A DNA stretch of 35,319 bases from a virus, in the IMG/VR virus record IMGVR_UViG_3300011339_000243. The stretch is one strand, 5' to 3'. The notes beneath the pieces were generated by a model that was given only the letters and a program-made list of their open reading frames with translations, searched no databases and was not told the origin of the DNA. The translations under genes were made by a program, and so were the position numbers. Below, one piece after another: positions 25,511 to 32,545 of the stretch (position 1 is its first letter; every line of letters starts with the position of its first letter).

Positions 25511-25535
25511 GCCCGCCTAGTGCGGGTTTTTCTTT
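25511..25535 (+). terminator. Intrinsic terminator of the early-left operon, between convergent operons
   Basis: GCCCGC-CTAGT-GCGGGT followed by TTTTCTTT. Confidence 0.7.
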
Positions 25536-25642
25536 GCCTACTTTTAAGGCCATGCAAGCCCGACAGTGTAGGGTGATAAGGGTCAACAAAAATAAAGCCC
25601 TGAAAAGTACTTTTAAAGCCGTTCTAGCCCTATTTTCAAGCC

Positions 25643-25888
25643 CTAGAGTTCATCAGCTATTTCATCGTCAACAAAAAGACAGATTCCAACATGGTTCAGG
25701 TCAAAGTCTGGACGCAATCCAACACGCCAGAAATGCGCAGCCCAACGAACTGCAATGCGTGTGCCTTCAGAGATTGACCCATTGCCAATGTGGGCGAGTG
25801 CCTCTTTTTCTCTTTCAGAATAAAAGACTACCTGACCTTTTTTACCCTTTGGTGTAGTGTTAGGCCGCTTTTTTGGCTTCAATTCCAT
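25643..25888 (-). CDS. Hypothetical protein (81 aa), last gene of the minus-strand replication module
   Basis: ORF overlapping the RuvC 3' end by 29 nt, with a basic N-terminus. No motif recognised. Confidence 0.5.
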   Translation of the reverse strand: MELKPKKRPNTTPKGKKGQVVFYSEREKEALAHIGNGSISEGTRIAVRWAAHFWRVGLRPDFDLNHVGICLFVDDEIADEL

Positions 25889-26345
25889 TTAATGTGTGCC
25901 TTAGATATTCTGCGATTAGTAGGGCTTCTGCTTTGTTTATGTCCTTTTTTAACTTCAATTTGGCTTCAGGCCACAAATAACGTGCCATGTCCAACGATTC
26001 GTTTTTATCTGCTGTCAGGTGAAAGTGCTTTTTCCACTTTTGGGGTGTTACTAAGTGAACTGGATAACGTGTTAATTCACACACTGCCGAAATAACACCG
26101 ACAGCCCTTGCAAAATTCCACGTGCTTGAAAGTCCTTGGTTCGGCATACTGTGTACCATCTCCATACAAATTTGCGCCCCTTCTTTTGGGTCAATTATTG
26201 AAAGCAGCCGAGACTTAAAGACCAAGGCGAGAATGTGTTTGTCTTGGTGTTCAATGTCAAAACAAGCTGCAAAATTGCCGTGGTCATCTACTGCGCCTAT
26301 TGCACCGCTTGCCATGCCTGGGTCACAACCCACCCACAAAGTCAT
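25860..26345 (-). CDS. RuvC-like Holliday-junction resolvase (161 aa)
   Basis: N-terminal VGCDPGMASGAIG (catalytic Asp context) and C-terminal ...KNESLDMARYLWP...KDINKAEALLIAEY pattern, typical of phage RuvC-family resolvases. Confidence 0.7.
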   Translation of the reverse strand: MTLWVGCDPGMASGAIGAVDDHGNFAACFDIEHQDKHILALVFKSRLLSIIDPKEGAQICMEMVHSMPNQGLSSTWNFARAVGVISAVCELTRYPVHLVTPQKWKKHFHLTADKNESLDMARYLWPEAKLKLKKDINKAEALLIAEYLRHTLNGIEAKKAA

Positions 26346-26584
26346 GATTTTTCCTTTATTTTGTTCAAGAATTCCTCTTGGATGCCACTGTAAAACCCAT
26401 AAACGTTATTCTCCAATTCCTTCACCCTGTGCCAAGCATGGTGCTTGAAACCCTGAGTTTTCGCCATAATCAGTAGATGCAATAAGGTCTTTTGGCGATG
26501 TTCCTCGAAGGTCGCCTGTGAACCAAAGGGCTTTTGTGACAAGGGCAGAGGGGTGGATTCTAATTCCATCTTTGTGTTGATCAA
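26342..26584 (-). CDS. Hypothetical ORF (80 aa), alternative frame to 26406..26612
   Basis: Its stop is ATGA-coupled to the RuvC start. The 5' part overlaps the 68-aa ORF. See finding. Confidence 0.35.
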   Translation of the reverse strand: MINTKMELESTPLPLSQKPFGSQATFEEHRQKTLLHLLIMAKTQGFKHHAWHRVKELENNVYGFYSGIQEEFLNKIKEKS

Positions 26585-26612
26585 GTAATTGGTTTGCTTC
26601 TAGTCTTGTCAT
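26406..26612 (-). CDS. Hypothetical ORF (68 aa)
   Basis: Its start is ATGA-coupled to the P-like gene stop. The N-terminal EANQLLDQHKDG...ALWFTGDL resembles a small conserved prophage protein as I recall it. The C-terminal part looks non-genic. Confidence 0.45.
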   Translation of the reverse strand: MTRLEANQLLDQHKDGIRIHPSALVTKALWFTGDLRGTSPKDLIASTDYGENSGFQAPCLAQGEGIGE

Positions 26613-27052
26613 GTTTTAATGAATCCTAGTGCTTCCCTTGCGAATCGCAAAGAAATGGGGGTTATTCTGTCTCCAGCTTCATGCCTAGCAATGATGCGCC
26701 TAGCCCAATCTTTCGGGTCTTGTTTTCCAGTGCTTACAGACATTCTCAATTTTTCCATCTCTGCTGCTACTTTGTCTGGTTGAGCTGGCGGCGATGGAAG
26801 CATAGGCGGCGTGGCTCTTGGTGCTTTTCGGCAAAGGTTTCGAAACTCAATGACATTTGGAGGTTTTTCAGGAAGGTTATCCAAAGCCCATGCAACATCA
26901 TCAAGATGCGGCGTAAAACCGCTTAATTCATGCGCCCAAGCCGTTTTAACGTCTTCAATAGGGGTTGATTCCCACATTCCATCCCATGACCTTCCATAAC
27001 TTGCGGCAAGACGTTTAAACAGTCTATCAATCACTTTTTCAGGCAACATCAT
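26609..27052 (-). CDS. Lambda P-like replication protein (helicase-loader family), 147 aa
   Basis: The pattern LFKRLAASYGRSWDGMW...VKTAWAHELSGF...PPNVIEFRNLCRK parallels the lambda P N-region (…FSQLLATFPAS…RRQWVLAF…PSPGQFVAWCRE). It sits downstream of the DUF1376-type gene. Confidence 0.55.
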   Translation of the reverse strand: MMLPEKVIDRLFKRLAASYGRSWDGMWESTPIEDVKTAWAHELSGFTPHLDDVAWALDNLPEKPPNVIEFRNLCRKAPRATPPMLPSPPAQPDKVAAEMEKLRMSVSTGKQDPKDWARRIIARHEAGDRITPISLRFAREALGFIKT

Positions 27053-27822
27053 TTCAACTCCAAAAAGTTTGACGCTTCAATAATTGGTTTTCTATCGTTT
27101 TCAGGCCATTTCTCGCCAGTCATTTCTTCCCATCGTTTTCGCTTCAATTCTTGGTCACGCTCAAAAAATGACTTATTTGTTTGTTTTGCAGAAATATGCT
27201 CAATTTTGGGTTGAAACCACTCTGCTTTGAATGATTGCCAATTTCGCAACACAGTTTCTTTTAAAGCGTCTTCAAGGGAAAACCCTGCTTTATCGGCTTC
27301 TTTCTGAATTCCATCAATGACCAACTGCGTGACCTGTGCTTTCTTGGTCTTTCGATGTTTGACAAAATCATCCCATACTGATGATGAAACGCCGTCAGGC
27401 GTAGCAACGACAGTTGCTTTATCTTTAATTGGTTTATGGTTATTGGTTATTGGTTCTTGGTTATTGGTTGCTATTGGGGGCGCATTAGGGGGGCTATTAG
27501 CCTCCCCATTGCTATCCTTATGCCATCGCTTTGCCGCACCTTTTTTCCCATCCTCTGAAAACTTGCGGTATTTGGCAATTTCCTCATCAGCACGGGGATT
27601 TACAAAGCCTTTTTCAGTTGAGACAAAGAACTCATTAAGTACAGTCAATACTTCTTGTTCGTTGTCCCGCATTCCTATTTGTCTGGCTATATCACGCTGT
27701 TTAATAGGTACTTCGTGTAAATAATAATGGTCAAGCAATCGCCTGAAAGCCAAGTCTTCTATAAGACTCAAATGATGTGTGTGGGACTTGTAGTCGCCAA
27801 TATGGAACTGATAAAAATGCAT
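27049..27822 (-). CDS. DUF1376 (YdaU-like) domain protein, putative replication initiator/organiser (257 aa)
   Basis: The N-terminus MHFYQFHIGDYKSHTHHLSLIEDLAFRRLLDHYY is the DUF1376 signature. It is ATGA-coupled to the P-like gene. Confidence 0.7.
   Translation of the reverse strand: MHFYQFHIGDYKSHTHHLSLIEDLAFRRLLDHYYLHEVPIKQRDIARQIGMRDNEQEVLTVLNEFFVSTEKGFVNPRADEEIAKYRKFSEDGKKGAAKRWHKDSNGEANSPPNAPPIATNNQEPITNNHKPIKDKATVVATPDGVSSSVWDDFVKHRKTKKAQVTQLVIDGIQKEADKAGFSLEDALKETVLRNWQSFKAEWFQPKIEHISAKQTNKSFFERDQELKRKRWEEMTGEKWPENDRKPIIEASNFLELK
27430..27471. repeat. Six tandem heptamers TGGTT(A/C/T)N inside the DUF1376 gene
   Basis: TGGTTTA TGGTTAT TGGTTAT TGGTTCT TGGTTAT TGGTTGC, read directly. 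They encode the linker PPIATNNQEPITNNHKPI on the minus strand. Confidence 0.85.
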
Positions 27823-27927
27823 AACAACCTTACTTCATTGGTCATCTTCACAGGATGAAACATTGGCAGGACGGTGAAGAATCGTCTTTTCGGGTTGCAC
27901 TCCCTAGCCACGTTTCGCATGACTATA

Positions 27928-28101
27928 TCATTTCTTTGCAAACTCTGCTTCTCTTTTCTTGCGCTGCTCAATCGCATTTGCAAGTAGTTTCCGCAACCAC
28001 ATTGCCCCTCCCATATTCTGAAATTCATCCTTTAATGCCTGAGTAACCCTCACGGCAATCTGAATCTGAGTACCTGTAATCTCTGATGGCGGTCTTGGCA
28101 T
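27928..28101 (-). CDS. Putative ribbon-helix-helix-type regulator (57 aa), not in the ORF track
   Basis: Hand translation gives MPRPPSEITGTQIQIAVRVTQALKDEFQNMGGAMWLRKLLANAIEQRKKREAEFAKK. The strand-helix-helix pattern and position as first gene at a divergent promoter region fit the call. The RBS is weak. Confidence 0.45.
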   Translation of the reverse strand: MPRPPSEITGTQIQIAVRVTQALKDEFQNMGGAMWLRKLLANAIEQRKKREAEFAKK

Positions 28102-28233
28102 TTTGTCTTCTGTTGGTTAAAAGAAACGAATTGTTGGCTTGTGTCTAACATTACACAATTAGGGAATGTCCTAGTGTCAGACAGAATATATTATGTCATA
28201 CACTACGCTTCCCAACAACTTGAAAGGTGTCCA

Positions 28234-28404
28234 ATGTCTAAGCGTTACCAACCCTTGTTTGCAGATGAAAGCCGTGAAAAATGCCCGTATATCGGCTGTG
28301 GCGGTGCATTATTTGAGGATGAGCGCACTTACCACTGCCGTGGTTGCAATACGTTCTTTTACCTTGAAGATAAGACTCTTGAAGAAAGCTATGACGATGA
28401 GTAA
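28234..28404 (+). CDS. Small zinc-ribbon protein (56 aa from the ATG at 28234)
   Basis: RBS GAAAGGTG lies upstream. Cys pairs CPYIGCG...CRGC are present. The track ORF starts at an upstream GTG. Confidence 0.55.
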   Translation: MSKRYQPLFADESREKCPYIGCGGALFEDERTYHCRGCNTFFYLEDKTLEESYDDE

Positions 28405-28573
28405 ATTCAATGAACCAACCAACCCACCAGTTTTTAAAAGCCAACAGGAATTTTATGATTGGTTGCGTAATAACGTGATTGATGAAGTCACTGTAGAAAT
28501 TCAAAAGATGACAGGGTTTGGCAAAGATACGCTAGACAGTCTGTCTGTTTATATTCAAGGAATGAAAAAATGA
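28391..28573 (+). CDS. Hypothetical protein (60 aa)
   Basis: In-frame ATGs at 28391/28397 overlap the preceding stop. The stop overlaps the next ATG. Confidence 0.5.
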   Translation: MTMSKFNEPTNPPVFKSQQEFYDWLRNNVIDEVTVEIQKMTGFGKDTLDSLSVYIQGMKK

Positions 28574-28809
28574 CACAAGATGAAATCATTGAGATGGCAA
28601 GACAGGCTGGATTCATGATGGAAAACTCAGCCGCAATTCAAGCCGCAGAAATCTTTGCCAAACTTGTAGCCGATTCACCACAGCGCACATGGGTTGGGCT
28701 GACGGATGAGGAAGCAATGCAAATCTGCGTTGACTGTGGTTGTATGAGTGAAGACTGGTTGACGTTGTTGGATGCTATAGAAGCCAAACTCAAGGAGAAG
28801 AACACATGA
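28570..28809 (+). CDS. Hypothetical protein, paralogue A (79 aa)
   Basis: Shares PQRTWVGLT and the C-terminal AIEAKLKEKNT with 28980..29228. Confidence 0.65.
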   Translation: MTQDEIIEMARQAGFMMENSAAIQAAEIFAKLVADSPQRTWVGLTDEEAMQICVDCGCMSEDWLTLLDAIEAKLKEKNT

Positions 28810-28976
28810 AAACTCAGCACTGTGACGAGTGCAAACACGCCACTATGCAAGCATTGCCAAAACCCATCCTAATCTGTGCGATGCTGCACAAACCAAGGTT
28901 CTATGCGCCCGTGTACCTTCAACGGGACACTTGGGGATGGAAGCGCAAGTGCGATGATTTTTTAAAGAAGGAGTAA
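28806..28976 (+). CDS. Small Cys-containing protein (56 aa), not in the ORF track
   Basis: Hand-translated MKTQHCDECKHATMQALPKPILICAMLHKPRFYAPVYLQRDTWGWKRKCDDFLKKE. It has an ATGA overlap upstream and an AAGGAG RBS. Confidence 0.5.
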   Translation: MKTQHCDECKHATMQALPKPILICAMLHKPRFYAPVYLQRDTWGWKRKCDDFLKKE

Positions 28977-28979
28977 CAC

Positions 28980-29228
28980 ATGACGCCAAAACAAGAGGAA
29001 GCCTTGCGTGAATGGCTACAAGAAGCCATCGTCCCATTGATTGAACAGGTGCTGGTCAAGAAGTTAGGGCAAGCCATGTCCTTTGCAGCATCTGAGCTTG
29101 TGCAACCACAGCGCACATGGGTAGGGCTGACGCGCATGGATTTAATTAAATGTGGAGTCTTGCCGTTTGGAATGTCGTATGAACTTTGCCAAGCCATTGA
29201 GGCCAAACTCAAGGAGAAGAACACATGA
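28980..29228 (+). CDS. Hypothetical protein, paralogue B (82 aa)
   Basis: Shares two DNA blocks (28 nt with 1 mismatch; 27 nt exact) with 28570..28809. Confidence 0.65.
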   Translation: MTPKQEEALREWLQEAIVPLIEQVLVKKLGQAMSFAASELVQPQRTWVGLTRMDLIKCGVLPFGMSYELCQAIEAKLKEKNT

Positions 29229-29446
29229 GCTTAAAAGAATCAACCAGCAAATTCCTGCGTGAAATTACTCGAACCAAGACAATTCGAGAAATTATTGCCA
29301 TTGAATTGAAAGAGGCGCACAAAAAGAAACTAGAAGCTGAATCAGGTGTTGAATATGCAGTTTCAATTGTTAGCTACAACGAAAAGCGCATCCAGCGGTT
29401 GCAAAAGCGGTTAACAGAACATACTGAAGAAGGTGACTACACATGA
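29225..29446 (+). CDS. Hypothetical coiled-coil protein (73 aa)
   Basis: ATGA-coupled ORF after the conserved AAGGAGAAGAACAC junction. Confidence 0.6.
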   Translation: MSLKESTSKFLREITRTKTIREIIAIELKEAHKKKLEAESGVEYAVSIVSYNEKRIQRLQKRLTEHTEEGDYT

Positions 29447-29646
29447 TTGACCGTCTTGTTTTGGCTGCGGTGATGGGTGTTACAGGCTGGCATGGACTGT
29501 ATCCTGATCCACCAGAGCCTATGACCTTGCAACAAAAGGCCAAGTACAAATCTGTGAGCGCAGTTTGTGCAAAAAAGAGAAAGACTCCAACTGTAAAAAA
29601 GCTATGTAATGAATGGGAACAACACAATGAACAAAAGCGCATTTGA
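29443..29646 (+). CDS. Small membrane-anchored protein (67 aa)
   Basis: N-terminal hydrophobic stretch LVLAAVMGVTGW and a basic C-half. ATGA-coupled. Confidence 0.55.
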   Translation: MIDRLVLAAVMGVTGWHGLYPDPPEPMTLQQKAKYKSVSAVCAKKRKTPTVKKLCNEWEQHNEQKRI

Positions 29647-29794
29647 CTACTCAGGAGCATCACTCTGGACAACAGACGATAAACTGAAGAAGATAAACAT
29701 TGGCAAGATCAATGGTACTAAGCGTAGAGAACAGATGAAGCGAACTGAGATACCAGACTACCATCCACTTCAAAGCAGGAAGAACAAGAAATGA
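29627..29794 (+). CDS. Hypothetical protein (55 aa from the ATG at 29627), paralogue of the next ORF
   Basis: MNKSAFDYSGASLWTTDDKLKK... parallels MKTAFDYKDQPSFWLTDTKMKR... of 29791..29961. Confidence 0.5.
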   Translation: MNKSAFDYSGASLWTTDDKLKKINIGKINGTKRREQMKRTEIPDYHPLQSRKNKK

Positions 29795-29961
29795 AAACAG
29801 CCTTTGATTACAAAGACCAACCCTCATTTTGGCTGACAGATACCAAGATGAAGCGGTTTAAACAAGGTGAGGAATTTGCCAAGAAGAAGCAGGATAGTAG
29901 AGACATCAACGACAAGAATCAGGTGTTCATCTACTCAAAAGCACTGTCTCGCAAGAAATGA
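29791..29961 (+). CDS. Hypothetical protein (56 aa), not in the ORF track
   Basis: Hand-translated. It has ATGA overlaps at both ends and N-terminal similarity to the preceding ORF. Confidence 0.5.
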   Translation: MKTAFDYKDQPSFWLTDTKMKRFKQGEEFAKKKQDSRDINDKNQVFIYSKALSRKK

Positions 29962-30143
29962 TTCAACAAATTCGTACATTCTTTGGCAGACAAAGAGGAT
30001 CGAAAGGCAACAGACATACCAGTGTTGTCACAGGAATAGCTTGGATTTGCTTGGGTTGCGGGAAAGTGTTCACTAACAAACAGTTGTCAGCACTTCATAG
30101 GTGTATTAGGGAAATTCCCTATATCAATCATGATAATGTCTGA
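29958..30143 (+). CDS. Small zinc-finger-like protein (61 aa)
   Basis: CLGCG...HRC pattern with a basic N-terminus. Confidence 0.5.
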   Translation: MIQQIRTFFGRQRGSKGNRHTSVVTGIAWICLGCGKVFTNKQLSALHRCIREIPYINHDNV

Positions 30144-30185
30144 CAGAATACACGCATTGATAGGTTTTTTTAACAGGAGTGAAAA

Positions 30186-30524
30186 ATGTTTGATATTGAG
30201 AAAGAAACTTGGATGGCATTGCAAGACCTCAATTCTGAGGATGTTGCAGATGCAATCTGTGATAGCGATGCAATAGTAGAAGCAATACAGTCAAGTGCTT
30301 GGACTGATGTTGCAGACATCATTAGAGCCAGAGTAGAGCTTAAAGCAAAGCGTCTGGCACAAGTAGCACTTGATCTGCCTATAACCCCTTGGGTGGACTC
30401 AGAAGAAGAATTAAACCTATGGCGTTGTTACCGTATTGAACGCCAACAAGCAGCCTTGGAAGACCGCAAAGTAAAAGTTAAAATCAATCCCTATTCCAAG
30501 AGCGAGGTCAACAATGAAGACTAA
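30186..30524 (+). CDS. Acidic hypothetical protein (112 aa)
   Basis: Strong RBS AGGAG in the conserved 17-mer AACAGGAGTGAAAAATG. The N-terminal half is very Asp/Glu-rich. Confidence 0.65.
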   Translation: MFDIEKETWMALQDLNSEDVADAICDSDAIVEAIQSSAWTDVADIIRARVELKAKRLAQVALDLPITPWVDSEEELNLWRCYRIERQQAALEDRKVKVKINPYSKSEVNNED

Positions 30525-30702
30525 GCTATATCTTGATCGGATCATTGAGGAACATTCAAATGAATACTACTGTGCATTCTGTGTTAAACCGAATAACCCA
30601 AAAAATCCATGCTGTGATGATTCGTTTTTTATCTTATTTCGAGATTTGGACACCGACACTCAGCATCAACGAGCGGCAGAAATTGCGGCAAAAGGCGGCT
30701 AA
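30514..30702 (+). CDS. Small Cys-containing protein (62 aa)
   Basis: ORF overlapping the upstream stop by 11 nt, with a CAFC...CC pattern. Confidence 0.5.
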   Translation: MKTKLYLDRIIEEHSNEYYCAFCVKPNNPKNPCCDDSFFILFRDLDTDTQHQRAAEIAAKGG

Positions 30703-30839
30703 ACGAATCAAGCAACAGCCAAAGGTACAACGGGTGGTTATGCCATCCAAACTAATCACCGACCCTGAATTTGGGTATGTGAACTCAGCCCTGACCGATG
30801 TGTCAGCAACATGGAAGAAGCATTCAACAGGAGTGAAAA

Positions 30840-31037
30840 ATGCTGGATTATTCGACAATCCTAATGCGGATAGAAAGAACGACAAAAAGTCTGGATCAGA
30901 AATGCCTACACAAAAAATTCGTAGGGTTCAATAGCGAGATTGCTCAGATGCACAGTGACTTGACGTTACTTGCAATGTGGGCAGTCAATCAAGAAGCAAT
31001 AGATATTTTTAACGATGCAATGGGAGTTGATGAATGA
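30840..31037 (+). CDS. Hypothetical protein (65 aa)
   Basis: Preceded by the same 17-mer RBS block as 30186. Its stop is ATGA-coupled to the annealase gene. Confidence 0.55.
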   Translation: MLDYSTILMRIERTTKSLDQKCLHKKFVGFNSEIAQMHSDLTLLAMWAVNQEAIDIFNDAMGVDE

Positions 31038-31624
31038 CACAAACTACGATAGGCCATCTGGTTGACAGAAAAGAAGCAATTAGCAAAATGCTGTCAACAA
31101 ATGTGAATGAACATACTGAAAAAAAAGGTGGTTTGACATATCTTTCATGGGCGTGGGCATGGGCTGAAGCACTCAAAGCTGATGAAGATGCCACTTACAA
31201 AGTTGAAATGTTTGGAGACAAGTGTTACATGGACATAAACGGCACTGCAATGGTGTTCGTAACAGTCACAATGTTTCGCAAGCCAATGACTTGCCAACTA
31301 CCTGTGATGGACTTCCGCAACAAAGCAATCCTCAATCCTGATGCGTTTGCAGTCAATACTGCCATCATGCGTTGCATGACTAAAGCATTGGCATTGCATG
31401 GACTTTCGTTGTACATCTATGCGGGTGAAGACTTGCCAGAGGGTGAGGGTTCAGACGTTGATGTAAACGTAATGATTGACCACTTGGCAGCTATTGATGC
31501 TGCTTCAACCCTTGAGGAACTGAAAGATGCTTATACAACTGCTTACACTGCTTGCGGTGCTGATAAAAGCTGGCAAAAGAAAGTAATTGATGCAAAAGAT
31601 AAGCGTAAAGGAGAATTGAAATGA
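31034..31624 (+). CDS. Sak/Rad52-like single-strand annealing protein (DUF1071-type), 196 aa
   Basis: Motifs GGLTYLSWAWAWAEAL and ALALHGLSLYIYAGEDLP are characteristic of the Sak/DUF1071 annealase family as I recall it. An exonuclease gene lies nearby. Confidence 0.65.
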   Translation: MTQTTIGHLVDRKEAISKMLSTNVNEHTEKKGGLTYLSWAWAWAEALKADEDATYKVEMFGDKCYMDINGTAMVFVTVTMFRKPMTCQLPVMDFRNKAILNPDAFAVNTAIMRCMTKALALHGLSLYIYAGEDLPEGEGSDVDVNVMIDHLAAIDAASTLEELKDAYTTAYTACGADKSWQKKVIDAKDKRKGELK

Positions 31625-31845
31625 ACAACCCACCAGCATTTCCTCATGTAGCTGATATCCTGCAATTTGATGGTAATTCAGCTACTGTAAAAACCCTTAC
31701 GCAAAACGGCATGACATTGCGTGACTACTTTGCGGCAAAGGCTATGCAAGGGTTGTTGTCTTCTGATGTCAATGCCCCACTTGAAACATTTGCAAAACAA
31801 TCTTACAAAGTGGCAGATGCCATGTTGAAAGCGAGGGAAGCATGA
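31621..31845 (+). CDS. Hypothetical protein (74 aa)
   Basis: ATGA-coupled ORF. No motif recognised. Confidence 0.55.
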   Translation: MNNPPAFPHVADILQFDGNSATVKTLTQNGMTLRDYFAAKAMQGLLSSDVNAPLETFAKQSYKVADAMLKAREA

Positions 31846-32054
31846 CTTTTACCGATAATGAAATTGCTGTTATGGCTGCTGAAGCGTGTAGAACAGATGT
31901 TGGCTTTAAGTCATGGACTATTTCAACTAAACACTTGCAAATCTTTGCTGAAATGATTGCATCTAAAGAGCGCAGGGAGTGTTCAAAGGTTTGTGCAGAA
32001 TTAGGCGAATGGGCTTGTGTTCACGCCATTGAAGCAAGAGGAGAAAAAGCATGA
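31842..32054 (+). CDS. Hypothetical protein (70 aa)
   Basis: ATGA-coupled ORF. No motif recognised. Confidence 0.55.
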   Translation: MTFTDNEIAVMAAEACRTDVGFKSWTISTKHLQIFAEMIASKERRECSKVCAELGEWACVHAIEARGEKA

Positions 32055-32545
32055 GTGATATTGAACAAATTCTTAAAAGACTTAGGTTTGACAAAGAAAC
32101 AGGGCAGTTTTTTTGGATTAAGCCAAGCAAATATCATTTAGATTTAATTGGAAAAGTTGCGGGTTGCATTGGAAGATCAAACCCAAATAAAAAATACTGG
32201 GTAATTAAGTTAAACGGGAAAGCATATAAAAGAGCAAGACTTGTTTATTTGATAACTCATGGGAAGTGGCCTGAACCTTGTGTAGATCATATAAATGGAA
32301 ATTCATTAGATGATAGACCTGAAAATCTTAGACAAGCCTCCATTATGGAAAATGCTTGGAATCATAAAAAAAGAGCAAGACGCATTCAACTGCCAATTGG
32401 AGTTAGAAACCTTGCTTCAGGGAAATTTCAAGCAAGGATCGGTTATTGCGGTAAGCAAATCCACCTTGGAGCATTTCAATCACCTAATGAGGCATCAGCC
32501 GCATACCAATCAAAAAGGAAAGAGTTATATGGACAATTTGCCTGA
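32051..32545 (+). CDS. HNH homing endonuclease with AP2-type DNA-binding domain (164 aa)
   Basis: CVDHINGNSLDDRPENLRQASIMENAWN (HNH_3-type) followed by GVRNLASGKFQARIGYCGKQIHLGAFQSPNEASAAY (AP2-type). The segment is AT-rich. Confidence 0.8.
   Translation: MSDIEQILKRLRFDKETGQFFWIKPSKYHLDLIGKVAGCIGRSNPNKKYWVIKLNGKAYKRARLVYLITHGKWPEPCVDHINGNSLDDRPENLRQASIMENAWNHKKRARRIQLPIGVRNLASGKFQARIGYCGKQIHLGAFQSPNEASAAYQSKRKELYGQFA

Noticed and set aside
25534-25857. 107-aa plus-strand ORF after the early-left terminator
   Set aside because: It starts at TTG inside the terminator T-run and is antisense to the better-placed 81-aa minus-strand ORF.
27768-28028. 86-aa minus-strand ORF overlapping the DUF1376 start
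   Set aside because: It overlaps the DUF1376 gene 5' end and has an implausible sequence. The alternative 57-aa frame (27928..28101) gives a coherent RHH-like protein.
30533-30934. 133-aa ORF (or its 64-aa version from ATG 30740) overlapping two other calls
   Set aside because: It overlaps 30514..30702 and the conserved RBS/start at 30840. The internal-start version retains a GGTGG RBS, so it is only down-weighted, not excluded.
32310-32528. Upstream part of the 282-aa exonuclease ORF
   Set aside because: It overlaps the HNH-AP2 gene in another frame. The YqaJ-type homology pattern begins at the ATG at 32529.
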